Numbered from the stretch's first letter, positions 27,774 to 38,263 are shown. The stretch is DNA of 61,427 nt from a virus (IMGVR_UViG_3300029179_000001:1-61427), one strand, 5' to 3'. Numbers and translations: made by a program. Notes: a model not told the origin generated them from the sequence alone.

Positions 27774-28238
27774 TTAAGGCAGAAGCACCGCGACCGGAAT
27801 GGCCGCGATTGACTTGCCGTCTGAGGTCACATTTTCGTAATACTCGACTGATCCATCAATGCGACATGACTGGACCAATCCTCCCAAATTCTGAACCCCT
27901 GTCAAAGGAGAAGGGCTCAGTGCAGCTTCCACAGCATCAACAAAGTTGTTCAGTTGTTGAGCAGGGATAACGCTATCAACTTGCGGGTCACAAGTGTACA
28001 ACCAGAATTCAAAATTCATAATCCGTTTTGCAGGAAGGCCAAGAACATCACGCTCCTGGCTTTCAGGAAGTTGAACCATGAACAATGCCGGCATTTGGCT
28101 AGGATCAACTTGATCATAGGAACGAAGGCGGCGTGAAGAGGTTCTCAGATCAACGACAGTCGCTGCTGCAGCATCAACAAGAAGGTATAATGCGGCCGCA
28201 ATTGATTCGCGGCGATAGACAGGAGCAGGTCCAGTCAT
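27774..28238 (-). CDS. Tail terminator protein
   Basis: RE.I, Q.PAL and LGGLV..C.I.G motifs; synteny. Confidence 0.7.
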   Translation of the reverse strand: MTGPAPVYRRESIAAALYLLVDAAAATVVDLRTSSRRLRSYDQVDPSQMPALFMVQLPESQERDVLGLPAKRIMNFEFWLYTCDPQVDSVIPAQQLNNFVDAVEAALSPSPLTGVQNLGGLVQSCRIDGSVEYYENVTSDGKSIAAIPVAVLLP

Positions 28239-28729
28239 GACTTAATAGCCTCCATAACCGCACGCCTCATAGCGCCACGTATAGTTGGATCACGATCACG
28301 AAGCGAGGAGCGCAAGAAAGAGCGCTCAGGCATTCTCATCGTGTATGAACGAACATTCATGACTCCCGGCTCAACAGGACGCCCGTACACTTGAGTGAAA
28401 CGGCGTGTGTGAGCCTTGATCGTAAACGTTCCCCCAAACTCGTGAACACGTCCATAACGGACTTTCGTGCCGACACGTCCAATAATGTCCCCTTGTCCTG
28501 TATTCACAAACTCGCTGGCGCTGTTCCTTCCCCCAACATTGATCGAGGAAGCAAGGTTTCCAGTGACGCGCCTAAGAACTTGCCCGGATAGCTTGCGCTG
28601 AACGACATGCGCTTGTAAGGCAAACCACTGCTTCTTGATTTCATCCGCAAGCTTTGCGCGGATTTGTTGCGGCATTGAGCGAAGCTTCTTGATGACTTCA
28701 GCATCGCCAGTGACTGTCCCAATAATCAT
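28235..28729 (-). CDS. Tail completion / neck protein (HK97 gp10-like)
   Basis: TG.L..SI, YG.VHEFG, P.R.FL. Confidence 0.75.
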   Translation of the reverse strand: MIIGTVTGDAEVIKKLRSMPQQIRAKLADEIKKQWFALQAHVVQRKLSGQVLRRVTGNLASSINVGGRNSASEFVNTGQGDIIGRVGTKVRYGRVHEFGGTFTIKAHTRRFTQVYGRPVEPGVMNVRSYTMRMPERSFLRSSLRDRDPTIRGAMRRAVMEAIKS

Positions 28730-29517
28730 CAGTGAACCACATTCATGTACTGATTTAATAGGGACTTGTTCGCAGAATTGAAATTGACAAGAGAGAAATT
28801 GACCACTTGTCCATCACCCATGTTGACGCTCGATTGACCAATGCGATTACGGCGCTTGAATGCTTCTGCAACAGCCTCAATAACAACCTGTTCAAGGTCA
28901 AACGGAGTGTAACCAAATGTAATGGCCGCAGATGATCCTGCATCCGCAACATTGAATGTGTACTGCGGATAACCTTTATTGTTGATGTCGACTTTGTATT
29001 GTCCTTGAGCGGGAGAGCCTGATGTGATTGCGGTGAATGGAACTCCACCAACACTTACTCCCATATCAGCATTCCAAGGAAGAGGGAACCCTTCTGTGCT
29101 TAGAATGGCTGCGATGTTTTGCGTTGTAACGGATTGGAAGCCCGAAACATAATCGATGGAAATGTTTTGATGGCCACGCGAGAAAATCCATCCACGAAGG
29201 TAAACCCGCGTATCATCGAAAACGAAGCCGCTCGACAGCGTATCTGGAGCAGCAATAATCGATGTTCCATTGATCGATACTGCAGTCACATTGATGATTG
29301 GCCGATTGGTCAGCCATAAAACATCTTGTCCTGTTCCATTGTACTTTTCAGAATGCACTGCAGGAACAATATTCCGGCTCAAGTAGTTTTGGACGAAGCC
29401 AGAACAAGCGGTGATCAAACGAGTCAGCATAGCATCTGCATCCGGCGGAAAAGGGGCAGTTGTCCCTGCATTCAGCCAGGCTTGAACATTTGCTAGTGTT
29501 GTGAGATCACCGATCAT
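28729..29517 (-). CDS. Head-tail adaptor protein
   Basis: LTTL..V..WL, LI.A.S, P.DL motifs; synteny. Confidence 0.75.
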   Translation of the reverse strand: MIGDLTTLANVQAWLNAGTTAPFPPDADAMLTRLITACSGFVQNYLSRNIVPAVHSEKYNGTGQDVLWLTNRPIINVTAVSINGTSIIAAPDTLSSGFVFDDTRVYLRGWIFSRGHQNISIDYVSGFQSVTTQNIAAILSTEGFPLPWNADMGVSVGGVPFTAITSGSPAQGQYKVDINNKGYPQYTFNVADAGSSAAITFGYTPFDLEQVVIEAVAEAFKRRNRIGQSSVNMGDGQVVNFSLVNFNSANKSLLNQYMNVVH

Positions 29518-29539
29518 GTTCTAGCTCCTGAGGAGAAGA

Positions 29540-29932
29540 TTACTTGCTCTTTTTGCCGGAAGGGGTTGCTGTTGCTGTTGCCGCTGCCGCTTCGTCTGCG
29601 GCTGCCTTCTCTGCGGCTTCAACGCGGGCTTTTGCCTCCGCTTCCAGCCGCGCATCTTCATCTGCCTTGGCTTGATCTGAAGCTGCCTGTTCTGCAGCGG
29701 CTTTCTCTGCGGCTGCCTTGGCTTCGATTTCATCTTTCTCGATCAGCTCAATGGGCTTTTGCAAACCCATTTCAGAAGCTGGCGTGCAGCCAAGTGCACG
29801 GAAAGCTTCGACGTGAACATCATGAACATCCACGATTGCGCCGAAACGATCATCCGCCGAAAACTTGTATTCGATCCCTTCATGAATGGCAGAGCGCCAA
29901 TCAGCAGAAGGGGCAACCATGCGAGTTGTCAT
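29540..29932 (-). CDS. Capsid-associated small protein with Ala/Glu/Lys tail
   Basis: Follows the capsid gene; N-terminal ~50-aa module resembles other head proteins. Confidence 0.6.
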   Translation of the reverse strand: MTTRMVAPSADWRSAIHEGIEYKFSADDRFGAIVDVHDVHVEAFRALGCTPASEMGLQKPIELIEKDEIEAKAAAEKAAAEQAASDQAKADEDARLEAEAKARVEAAEKAAADEAAAATATATPSGKKSK

Positions 29933-30028
29933 TGTAGTCTCCTTGATGATTGAATTGATTTAGATAGGAGGGGGAAGCCGGTCTGACCTCCCCCTCCCGC
30001 ACCGCATTTGCCTTGTGGGAGGAAACCC

Positions 30029-31546
30029 TTAGCCAGCGGTGATGTTGTAGAGCAGCGCCATGGATGGCGGGAAATAGTTCTGGAGAACTTCATCCATGTA
30101 CACGCCATACTCATACTTGCGCGAACGCAGCGGCCACTCGATCTGGTAATAATCCTGCCGCGTCCTGATCTGGCAGACGTTGCCGACATTGGAAATCGGA
30201 TAGGGCAGCTTCTTGCTCGTCATCAAGATCATGCCGGCAGGCATGTTGGGATGAATCTTGATGTCAATGGTCGTTCCCCCTGCCATCGAGTAGCGGTTCA
30301 GGTAGGTGCGGACCATCACACCAGCATTCAGCGCATCCTGGACGCTGTTGAAGACAAAGCGCTGGGCGCCAGAAGCACCGCCCGCCAAAATCTTCGTGCT
30401 GATGTCGAGAGCCTGCTGGCTGTTCACCCACATCGTGTCCGGGCCCAAGCGGTAGTTGTCCCACATGGACTTGAGTGCCGTTTCGATCTGGACAATGCCG
30501 CCCGCATTGTCGGCGGTCAGTGTAGAAGCAACATTGGCAATGTAGGAACCAGAGTTGGCTGTCAATGCCTGATAGATAAGGCCATCGAAAACCAGCGTGT
30601 TGCGGGAATTGTCCGCAGCGCCCAACGAGGAAGCCAGCTGACCAGCACCATTCAGCGCAGTCAACGAAGCGGAAGGTGACGAAGTGATCGCAACCAAGCG
30701 CTCCGTGCCGGCAGTTGTCCCAAGGAACCAAGCATAACCAGCGGCGCCAGGAATGGCAGCCGCAAGCGAGGCGTTGATCCTGTGAGTGTTGACGGCATCG
30801 TTGGCTGTCGTGATCGTCTGTGTGGCTGATACCTGTGCTGTGCCGCCGCCGAAAACGTCAACAGAACCATCAGCATTGGTACGGCTGATCGAGCCTTGAA
30901 CGCCACCAGCAACAGAACCCCACGTCACAGCATCAACCGAAAGAGCGGCGCAGATAACGCGATATGTGGTGTTGAACAGGAGTGAACCGCCCGTCGCAAC
31001 ATCAGCAAGCGTTGGAGTTGTCGTGGCCGCACCACCATTGATCTGGAAGGATGAATTGCCGCCAAGGATAACAATTTCCTCCGCAATCATCGAGGCTTCC
31101 AGCAGTGTCTTCGTTGCGATGGCACGGATGTCATCGAAACCCATGCCAGCATATTGCGCTTCGAAGTCAACGTTGTCTTCCAGTCCCAGTCCCTTGTAGT
31201 TGGCGGTATAGTCCTGAGTACTGACAGTGATCACGCCAGAACGGTTGCCGCCCGAAACGCCGGGACGCATGCCAGTGGTATTCACGCCAGTAACCGCACG
31301 CCACGATGCCTGAATGCCGCCTTTGCCAGAGACGCGCGGAATTTCGTTGCGCAGTGGCGTGAGAACGGGATACAGGAACTTGGCGCCTGCTTCGAGGTCA
31401 TAGTAGGTGAGGCCGCTCGTGGGGGAGCCGGATTGCGAGAACGTTGCCTTTCCAAGACCCATGGCATCAAGGCGTGGATCACCCATCGGGCTTTTCTGGG
31501 CCTTGATGATTGCATCAAGGGTCTGCTTGAGGATTTCGGGATTCAT
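30029..31546 (-). CDS. Major capsid protein
   Basis: 505 aa after the protease gene; YPVLTPLRN.IPRV, EE..ILGGN, DYYQIEWP motifs. Confidence 0.85.
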   Translation of the reverse strand: MNPEILKQTLDAIIKAQKSPMGDPRLDAMGLGKATFSQSGSPTSGLTYYDLEAGAKFLYPVLTPLRNEIPRVSGKGGIQASWRAVTGVNTTGMRPGVSGGNRSGVITVSTQDYTANYKGLGLEDNVDFEAQYAGMGFDDIRAIATKTLLEASMIAEEIVILGGNSSFQINGGAATTTPTLADVATGGSLLFNTTYRVICAALSVDAVTWGSVAGGVQGSISRTNADGSVDVFGGGTAQVSATQTITTANDAVNTHRINASLAAAIPGAAGYAWFLGTTAGTERLVAITSSPSASLTALNGAGQLASSLGAADNSRNTLVFDGLIYQALTANSGSYIANVASTLTADNAGGIVQIETALKSMWDNYRLGPDTMWVNSQQALDISTKILAGGASGAQRFVFNSVQDALNAGVMVRTYLNRYSMAGGTTIDIKIHPNMPAGMILMTSKKLPYPISNVGNVCQIRTRQDYYQIEWPLRSRKYEYGVYMDEVLQNYFPPSMALLYNITAG

Positions 31547-31645
31547 GATTGAACTCCAAATGTTGAGGTTTATTGCTGTTGCCTAAGCAGCGATTGTCTT
31601 GGCTCCCGGTTCGGCTTCCCGGTTGCCTTACTCTTTCGGCGATTG

Positions 31646-33640
31646 TTACCTGTTCAGCATCTGGCGCGGGTTTTGCTGCGCGAGCTTAATGAGGGTTGTC
31701 GCCAAAACTTCAGGATTGTCCTTTGCCAGCTGTTCAAGCTGAGCAATGGATCCATCTTGATCCTTGGTCACTGCCCGAACTGTGTCCATTGGACGTGGCT
31801 TGGGCATATCTTCAATTGTCTGAATGCGCTTCTGAAGGGCACTGATCAATGGAATGGCATCATTGATTGCCTTTTCAAGGCGAGCAGTCTTGTCCTGCTC
31901 AACCTTGAGGGCTTTGCGGAGGGGGCTTGAAGCTGCTTTGTCAGCATCATCCTTATCCCCCTCACCGACACCTTCATCAAGGTCAACATCTTGATCATCT
32001 GTGAAGCACATAGCTCCCAGATCGCAAGCCTTGTCGTGAATCTCCTGAAGCTTGGCTTGATCAGCGCGCGAGTTGCGTGCACCTGCCTTCTTGAGAGGCT
32101 CAGCTGTTTCTCCGACAAGCTTAATCAACGAGGAAAGGCCACGTGGTGCTGCTGACGTTTCGAGGATTTCAATTGTCTCAGGTTTCATGCTGGCAATCAA
32201 CTCGCCAGTTTCCTCGACACACAGCATCATCAATGTCTCGCACAGATCAGCAATTTGCCCCTTGAGCTTCGCGGGAACTGCTGAGTTATCCCCCTCGCAC
32301 TCCGCTTCCCAGACAGTGTTGTTCTGAAGCCAGCGCAATTCATCGATGCAACGTGCCATGCACGCGACAAGATCAAGCCCCTTCTTGAGATCACCGTCGA
32401 ATGATTTGTTGAGAAGGCCCAAGGCAAATTTCTTCTTGGATTTGTCCTTGTCCTTGTCCTTGGACTTGTCCTTGGTGCCTGCCGAAGCTTCCATGTCCTT
32501 TTTGGACTTGTCTTCGTCAGCATCTTCATGTTCCTTCTTGGCCTTGTCTTTCTTCTTGTCCTTGGGCTTGGGCTTTGTTTTATCAGCCTCTTCAGTTTCT
32601 TCTTCATCGCCCTTTGGATCATCGTCATCCGAATCATCGTCATCCTTCTTGGCCTTGCCGATTTCATCTACAGACTTGTTGAGGGCTTCCAGTGAGGCAG
32701 ACAGCTTCAAAGCGGGATCATCCGCCTTCGCAAGCGCTTCATTGTGAGCGAGGGCATCTGCCTTCTTGCTGAATGTCGATCCATCCTTCGCTTTCCACAC
32801 CTGCTCCAGTTCAGGCGAAGGGGCATTCGGCTTCAAAACATCCTTAGTAAGGGCATTGCTTGCCCCTGAATCAACGCCAGAAGGGAGAGAACCCTTGTTC
32901 ACATCATCAGCAGAATGAACACCAACACCCACACCACTGCCATCAGGACTATTCCCGCCGCTACCAGTCCCATCACCAACAGGATCAGCCCCAGAACCTG
33001 AAGCGCCAGAAGGAAGGCCCTTCTCCAGTTCCATCCGTGCAGCATCCAAGAATTGTGACCATTTGTTTTCATCGCCAGCAGCCTTTGCCATTTCCTTGGC
33101 CTTCGCTGCAACCATGTCGTTGGTAATCATGTTTGTCTCCTTGTTGATTGCGAAGGCACGCTGTTCAGTTGTGCCATCCATCTTGACCATTGTGAACAAC
33201 GCATTTGGAACGCATGGATTGTCCACGATACTGATTTCAGACGGAATGGCGGTGTAACGGGTTGCCTCTCCATCCTTCCACTTCCGGGAATAGGAGCCGC
33301 CAATGGAGAAGCCTGTGTAGACTGCCTCATGGACTTTCTTCCATTCCGTATCATCGATGATCTTCGCACAGACTTGAATCTGCTTGTCATCATCGTTGAA
33401 TTCAATTTGTTCCAGCCGCCCTGCCGCAACCTTGCCGTGCATCGCGCGAACATTACCGAAACTTCTGCCATCAGTTGCTTCCACGAAGCTTTGGGACCAT
33501 GACTCAAAGTTTGGCTTCGAAGAATCATAGTCAAAAATCTCATTGGCCTTGTCGAGGATTTCCGCTGCTGCGATCCCATACACAAGGCGCTTCTCTTCAT
33601 CAATCTTCGTGATCGGAACAAACAGCAGGTTACGGTCCAT
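31646..33640 (-). CDS. Prohead serine protease (XkdF-like) fused to scaffold
   Basis: N.RAMH, YTGFSIGG, EISIVD.P; long charged C-terminal region. Confidence 0.85.
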   Translation of the reverse strand: MDRNLLFVPITKIDEEKRLVYGIAAAEILDKANEIFDYDSSKPNFESWSQSFVEATDGRSFGNVRAMHGKVAAGRLEQIEFNDDDKQIQVCAKIIDDTEWKKVHEAVYTGFSIGGSYSRKWKDGEATRYTAIPSEISIVDNPCVPNALFTMVKMDGTTEQRAFAINKETNMITNDMVAAKAKEMAKAAGDENKWSQFLDAARMELEKGLPSGASGSGADPVGDGTGSGGNSPDGSGVGVGVHSADDVNKGSLPSGVDSGASNALTKDVLKPNAPSPELEQVWKAKDGSTFSKKADALAHNEALAKADDPALKLSASLEALNKSVDEIGKAKKDDDDSDDDDPKGDEEETEEADKTKPKPKDKKKDKAKKEHEDADEDKSKKDMEASAGTKDKSKDKDKDKSKKKFALGLLNKSFDGDLKKGLDLVACMARCIDELRWLQNNTVWEAECEGDNSAVPAKLKGQIADLCETLMMLCVEETGELIASMKPETIEILETSAAPRGLSSLIKLVGETAEPLKKAGARNSRADQAKLQEIHDKACDLGAMCFTDDQDVDLDEGVGEGDKDDADKAASSPLRKALKVEQDKTARLEKAINDAIPLISALQKRIQTIEDMPKPRPMDTVRAVTKDQDGSIAQLEQLAKDNPEVLATTLIKLAQQNPRQMLNR

Positions 33641-33649
33641 GTCAGCCTC

Positions 33650-34177
33650 CTAGGAAATTGGGTACGCATCACCAAAGATATACAAGTCAGCCGTTGCGGC
33701 CGCACCTTGTGCTGTGGTGAGGGAAAGAAAGAGGGGTGTTCCAGCCGGCAAAACGATATTGGGCGAGTTAAGCGTCAACTCCAGCGCAATGTTTGCTGCC
33801 GTCAAGGTAGAATAGGCTTGGGCTGCAGCAACAATGATTGTTCCTGTCTTGCCAGCGCCAGTGTACAATCCACCTTGAGCTGTGGTGAGAGAGATTGATG
33901 CATTGGTGACGATGATGCGTTTGGGACGGAACTTGAGCGAGTTGTTGAGGTTCGATATTGCTTGATCAGTCGTCACATTCATGTTGCAAGCAATACGGTA
34001 TCCGAGCATATCATCCGGCGCATTGGCAAGAAGGGTTGCGCAACCTGCAGTCGTCAAATCTTCTTGATCAGCAGTAGAAACGACATTCGCAATAATGCCA
34101 TACTGATCGCTCACGTAGACATTGCCAGAGCTCACAACAAATGTGCGCTGTGGAACTTGCGAAAGCATAATGATCAT
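33650..34177 (-). CDS. Head decoration protein
   Basis: N-terminal module shared with 36508-37059. Confidence 0.6.
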   Translation of the reverse strand: MIIMLSQVPQRTFVVSSGNVYVSDQYGIIANVVSTADQEDLTTAGCATLLANAPDDMLGYRIACNMNVTTDQAISNLNNSLKFRPKRIIVTNASISLTTAQGGLYTGAGKTGTIIVAAAQAYSTLTAANIALELTLNSPNIVLPAGTPLFLSLTTAQGAAATADLYIFGDAYPIS

Positions 34178-34211
34178 GACAGTCTCCTTGTTCTTTCTTA
34201 ATAGCTTGCTG

Positions 34212-35651
34212 TTACAGCCAGAAGCCTTTTACCCCGGCCAATCCACGAATGATTTGAGATGCTGTGAGCACTCCAGTTGGTATCCTGAGGATGATGTGAA
34301 TAAACTCACCAGGATTAACCATCAACTTCATTGCTGAAAAATCAGATGAGATTGGATTAGTGAAAAGTGTCCCGATTGCGGCCGCATTCGCGAGTGTCAT
34401 TGCTCCCAAGGGGAAGCGCTGAGGGGCTTTCGTTGTTACCGCATCTGCTGTGGCAAGGGACACTGCGGTGGAACCAATCCCAAGAAACCAGTTCAACACA
34501 TAGATTGCGGCGCCATTTGCTGCCCCTGTGTTCCATGCAGTGAGTTCCACCCCCGTAACAACAAAGCCCTTGCCGACAAGGCTGACACCGTTCGCGGGAA
34601 CTTGATATGCGAACAAGGCAAAATCCGTTTCCGCTCCCGCAACAGAAGCGAATTGAAAATGTCCTCCCAGCGTCGTGTAGCCTGCTGCTGTGTTGGAAAG
34701 AGTAGCGGAAGCTGGAACAGTGCTATTGCCCATTCCATTCGTATTACCAACTGCAACACTATCAGGAACTGCGATTGAGTGTTCACCTTGAAGGGTCTTG
34801 AAATCCCCGACTGGCATTTGATAGGGAACATCCCGATTTTGAACCCCCCAAGAGCCAATACGAAGCTGCTGAGCAGCGCCTGTGGCTGCTGTGTTACGGA
34901 TTTGCCCAAATAGATAGCCCTCATTGTTGAGGGAAAGAGAGTTACCGTTTGGCAACGATGTTGGGCGGGAGAGAGACGCATACAAGACATCATCAATGTA
35001 AAGTTCAACCCTATTCCGCTGGATCAAAATCTTCGAATCATACATACGTCCAGCAGTCCAAGTGAAAGCGATATTCCCACTTGTTACAATGCTTCCATTG
35101 TTGTTTGCAACAAGTTGAAAAGCCCCAGTATTGGTCCAGAACATATACAACCCGTCCAGCGGGACAGTTACTGCTGTATTGGGAATACCAACTCCAAGAT
35201 AGATTTCATTGTTCGCTTGAGGAACAACAGAAAGGGCAAATGTAATGTCGATGCTGATTGATTGTTCACTCCAAAGGGGGAATGACTTGTAGGTGCGTTG
35301 GATGATGCCTGTTGCTGTTGCTACAGAGTTGCCAGAGTTCAATGCAAGATAACCCGAGGCGACTGCTGCAGCCATTGTTGTCGCAGCTTGGATGTACTTT
35401 CTTGAGTTCAGGATCGTATGATTGAAAACATCATCCCAAAGAGAGTTGTCCATCCCCGCTTTTATACGCTTGAATGAAGAAACTCCGATGGAACGGCGCA
35501 AAGCGGCAGCGCCAGATGACCCATCATGCTGCTCGCCTGTTGCGATAGCATAGCCTGCATTCGCAAGTATTTTCGTGAGAGCGATAGATAGTTCACTATC
35601 TGATGTTACGTCAGCAGTGAATGTACCAGTTGCGTCTTGAATCGTTGCCAT
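34212..35651 (-). CDS. Head fibre / virion protein with lectin-like domain
   Basis: Ala/Thr/Gly/Ser-rich beta protein inside the head module. Confidence 0.55.
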   Translation of the reverse strand: MATIQDATGTFTADVTSDSELSIALTKILANAGYAIATGEQHDGSSGAAALRRSIGVSSFKRIKAGMDNSLWDDVFNHTILNSRKYIQAATTMAAAVASGYLALNSGNSVATATGIIQRTYKSFPLWSEQSISIDITFALSVVPQANNEIYLGVGIPNTAVTVPLDGLYMFWTNTGAFQLVANNNGSIVTSGNIAFTWTAGRMYDSKILIQRNRVELYIDDVLYASLSRPTSLPNGNSLSLNNEGYLFGQIRNTAATGAAQQLRIGSWGVQNRDVPYQMPVGDFKTLQGEHSIAVPDSVAVGNTNGMGNSTVPASATLSNTAAGYTTLGGHFQFASVAGAETDFALFAYQVPANGVSLVGKGFVVTGVELTAWNTGAANGAAIYVLNWFLGIGSTAVSLATADAVTTKAPQRFPLGAMTLANAAAIGTLFTNPISSDFSAMKLMVNPGEFIHIILRIPTGVLTASQIIRGLAGVKGFWL

Positions 35652-35654
35652 GTT

Positions 35655-35996
35655 TCACCCAACAAGATAATTAACTTTGAACTTGCCGCTTGCTCTGCCC
35701 GTCAACACATACACATACAAGGCAAAGGAACCCCCTCCAGCAAAACGAGCATTCATTGCTAGAAGGTCCATTTGATTCTCATCAAACTGGCGGCCAGTTG
35801 CCGCTTCCCCAGATTGAAAGGCGATGATCCTTGAAGAACTATCAACAGCCTCATTCTCAACAGCAAACGTAGCTTCCTTGACTGCTACTGGGCCGAGATC
35901 AATCTCTGTCTGATAAATGATGCCAAGTTGATCTACTGTTTGAAGCTGTTGAAAAAAGCCATTTGCTCCTAAAACAATTGGTGGTCTCTTGGCCAA
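35655..35996 (-). CDS. Head appendage protein
   Basis: TTG start after GGAGG; N-terminus P.VLGA.G..QQLQT.D shared with 36009-36497. Confidence 0.55.
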   Translation of the reverse strand: MAKRPPIVLGANGFFQQLQTVDQLGIIYQTEIDLGPVAVKEATFAVENEAVDSSSRIIAFQSGEAATGRQFDENQMDLLAMNARFAGGGSFALYVYVLTGRASGKFKVNYLVG

Positions 35997-36008
35997 AAGC
36001 CCCTCCCA

Positions 36009-36497
36009 CTACAGAAGAATTGGAGAGTCAACAGACAAGTCAAACTTGGTAGAGGAGAGGGCCTTGCCCAGTTTGACGACATACTGTCCCACTGTCGATG
36101 GAGGTGTTGTCGTCATTTGTCCTTCCGTCGCTGCGCTGAGGAAATAGTCTGACCCAGGAGTGAGGCCGCCAGATTGACCTGTAACTGCATCCCATTGTGT
36201 CGTTGTCGCGGTCACGATCCCGTCTGTCGCAACAGAGCCGCTGGCGCCATTGGCGATGTTGGGAGAATCATACACCATGCCCCACGCCTTCGATGAAGCG
36301 GAAGCGTTGGCTTGTGCACGCATAAATGTATCTGCTGAAGATACATAGACAGGAGCCCCAATGACTGCTGCGGTCGCTTCTCCATTGGTCATTGTGACAA
36401 CATCCGTGTTGGCTGTCGCAATAACAATTGAATCGCCAGTTTGAAGCTGCTGAATATTTCCATCAGCCCCAAGCACAAGCGGAATTTTTGTGGCCAT
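36009..36497 (-). CDS. Capsid cement/decoration-like protein
   Basis: G.PVY and YFLS....G.MT.TPP motifs. Confidence 0.6.
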   Translation of the reverse strand: MATKIPLVLGADGNIQQLQTGDSIVIATANTDVVTMTNGEATAAVIGAPVYVSSADTFMRAQANASASSKAWGMVYDSPNIANGASGSVATDGIVTATTTQWDAVTGQSGGLTPGSDYFLSAATEGQMTTTPPSTVGQYVVKLGKALSSTKFDLSVDSPILL

Positions 36498-36507
36498 GTT
36501 CTATCTC

Positions 36508-37059
36508 CTAGAGTTGAATTGGATTGTTGGTTAGGATCGCGAGCGTTTGTCCATCAATCGCTAATCCCATACGCAGTACAATCTCCCCGGCTGCCGATGG
36601 AGGGGTGCTTGTCATTGTTCCCGCAACAGAGGCAGAGAGGAAATACATCACATTGGCTATCAGCGAAGGGGAGCCAATCACACCGCTCCAATCACTCAGC
36701 GTAAGATAGGAAGCTGCCAGCTGAACTGATTGGCCTATGTTCCCTGAAGTCCCTGCGATGACTGGGGCCTTACAATTGTTGATGAAGTTAGCTTGAGCGA
36801 GAATTAGCTGGCCTGTTAGGTTCGATATGACTGGTTGTCCAGCTAGAATGTTCTGTGCTGCTTGCTTCGTGATGCCTGTTGGAACTACGTAAGTTGGAAC
36901 TGGAATAATCGTGACGCATCCTGCTGCCAGCAAATCATTTTGATCTGATAAGCTAACAACATTCTCGATCAATCCATACCGGTCACTTACATAAACGTTC
37001 TCACTACTGACTATGAACGTTCTGTACGGAACCGAAGTGTACATAACGATCAAAGCCAT
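36508..37059 (-). CDS. Capsid cement/decoration-like protein
   Basis: N-terminus like 33650-34177; C-terminus like 36009-36497. Confidence 0.6.
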   Translation of the reverse strand: MALIVMYTSVPYRTFIVSSENVYVSDRYGLIENVVSLSDQNDLLAAGCVTIIPVPTYVVPTGITKQAAQNILAGQPVISNLTGQLILAQANFINNCKAPVIAGTSGNIGQSVQLAASYLTLSDWSGVIGSPSLIANVMYFLSASVAGTMTSTPPSAAGEIVLRMGLAIDGQTLAILTNNPIQL

Positions 37060-37364
37060 CAGGAGAATACTCCATCAGTCAAGAACCCATGCCAATGAGA
37101 TACTAACCCGCCATTTCCATCATCGATCTGTAGATTGATGCTTGGCTTGATGGAGGGGATGTGCTGACTTCCATTCCACCACCAGCCTGAACGCTTCCCC
37201 GGAATTTCGAAACGTACCGACCCAATCCTTTCACAGCCACAAGGGCAAGTGAAGTTGAATCCACGTATCTCATTTGATCCCTCAACAGTCCAGTACTTGA
37301 TTGCCCCTGGAATAGATCGATTGTCCCAAAGGCTATCCTCAATCAGAACTGCCATCTTGGACAT
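37059..37364 (-). CDS. DUF6527-like Cys/His protein
   Basis: CPCGC, W.WNG....P...PSI, HG.L.DG. Confidence 0.6.
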   Translation of the reverse strand: MSKMAVLIEDSLWDNRSIPGAIKYWTVEGSNEIRGFNFTCPCGCERIGSVRFEIPGKRSGWWWNGSQHIPSIKPSINLQIDDGNGGLVSHWHGFLTDGVFS

Positions 37365-38263
37365 TACGCGCCACCTTGCGAATCAATCTCTGGTGCTTCA
37401 TCCGCAATAACAGCGACAATGACGCAGCGGCAATTCGGATGAGCTGGAGCTGCATCGTCTCCCGATAGGAATACGTCATCCAAGGGGATTGGTCCTTGTT
37501 CCTCGTTTTCCGTACAAATATCACAGACATCGCCATCCTCCGCAGTTGACCACTCTTTCATCTGAACAACGCCGCTTTCGCGGAACGCAATCATGTGGCC
37601 TTCGTTATTGGCGCGGATAATCTCTGTCCTTGCGATCATGAGTGCGCGTTCCGGGGAAAAGGAGCCAACAGACTCAATCTCATCAGCAAGGTCATCAGAA
37701 CTCCATCCTTCATCGATGGCGCGCGTCACCTTCGATTGAATGTCATCACGGGCACTCTCAGTGATATTGTACTCTGCATCTGGATTTGGTTCGAGGTCTC
37801 CATCATCATTGTACCGCATGCCAACCATCTCAGCAGCACGGTCCTTTGCCCATTCACGGGCTTCCTCGAAAACCTGATCAGTGATGTCCCTGTCCGAAAT
37901 GCCAAGACGCAAGAACGCCTGCTTAAGGCCATCGATTGTTACTGCTTCGATTTCCTCTTGAGTGGCATTGATGAGAATGTCCCATTCAAGGTTATCGGCT
38001 GCGCGTTGCGCAGCATCGCTTGCGATCCTTGCGTTATCATCACTCTCTGCCTTGCCGAGTAAATCAGAAGGGATTGCCGCCAGAACCTCAACAATGACCT
38101 TACGCCCTAGCTGCCTTAGCTTCTGGCGAAGCTTACGGCCTAGGGCTTTCTCCCCTTTGCTCACTGCCTTTGTGCGGTGAGTCATGGCGATGACTGTGCG
38201 AGCCTTCTTGAGGGTTGTAGTAGTTGAACCGCTTGCGAAAGGTGCTCGATGCTTTCTCAGCAT
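37364..38263 (-). CDS. Minor head protein (SPP1 gp7 / Mu gpF-like); start uncertain
   Basis: RA..IARTE, KEW....D..VC..C, PAHPNCRC. Confidence 0.85.
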   Translation of the reverse strand: MLRKHRAPFASGSTTTTLKKARTVIAMTHRTKAVSKGEKALGRKLRQKLRQLGRKVIVEVLAAIPSDLLGKAESDDNARIASDAAQRAADNLEWDILINATQEEIEAVTIDGLKQAFLRLGISDRDITDQVFEEAREWAKDRAAEMVGMRYNDDGDLEPNPDAEYNITESARDDIQSKVTRAIDEGWSSDDLADEIESVGSFSPERALMIARTEIIRANNEGHMIAFRESGVVQMKEWSTAEDGDVCDICTENEEQGPIPLDDVFLSGDDAAPAHPNCRCVIVAVIADEAPEIDSQGGA

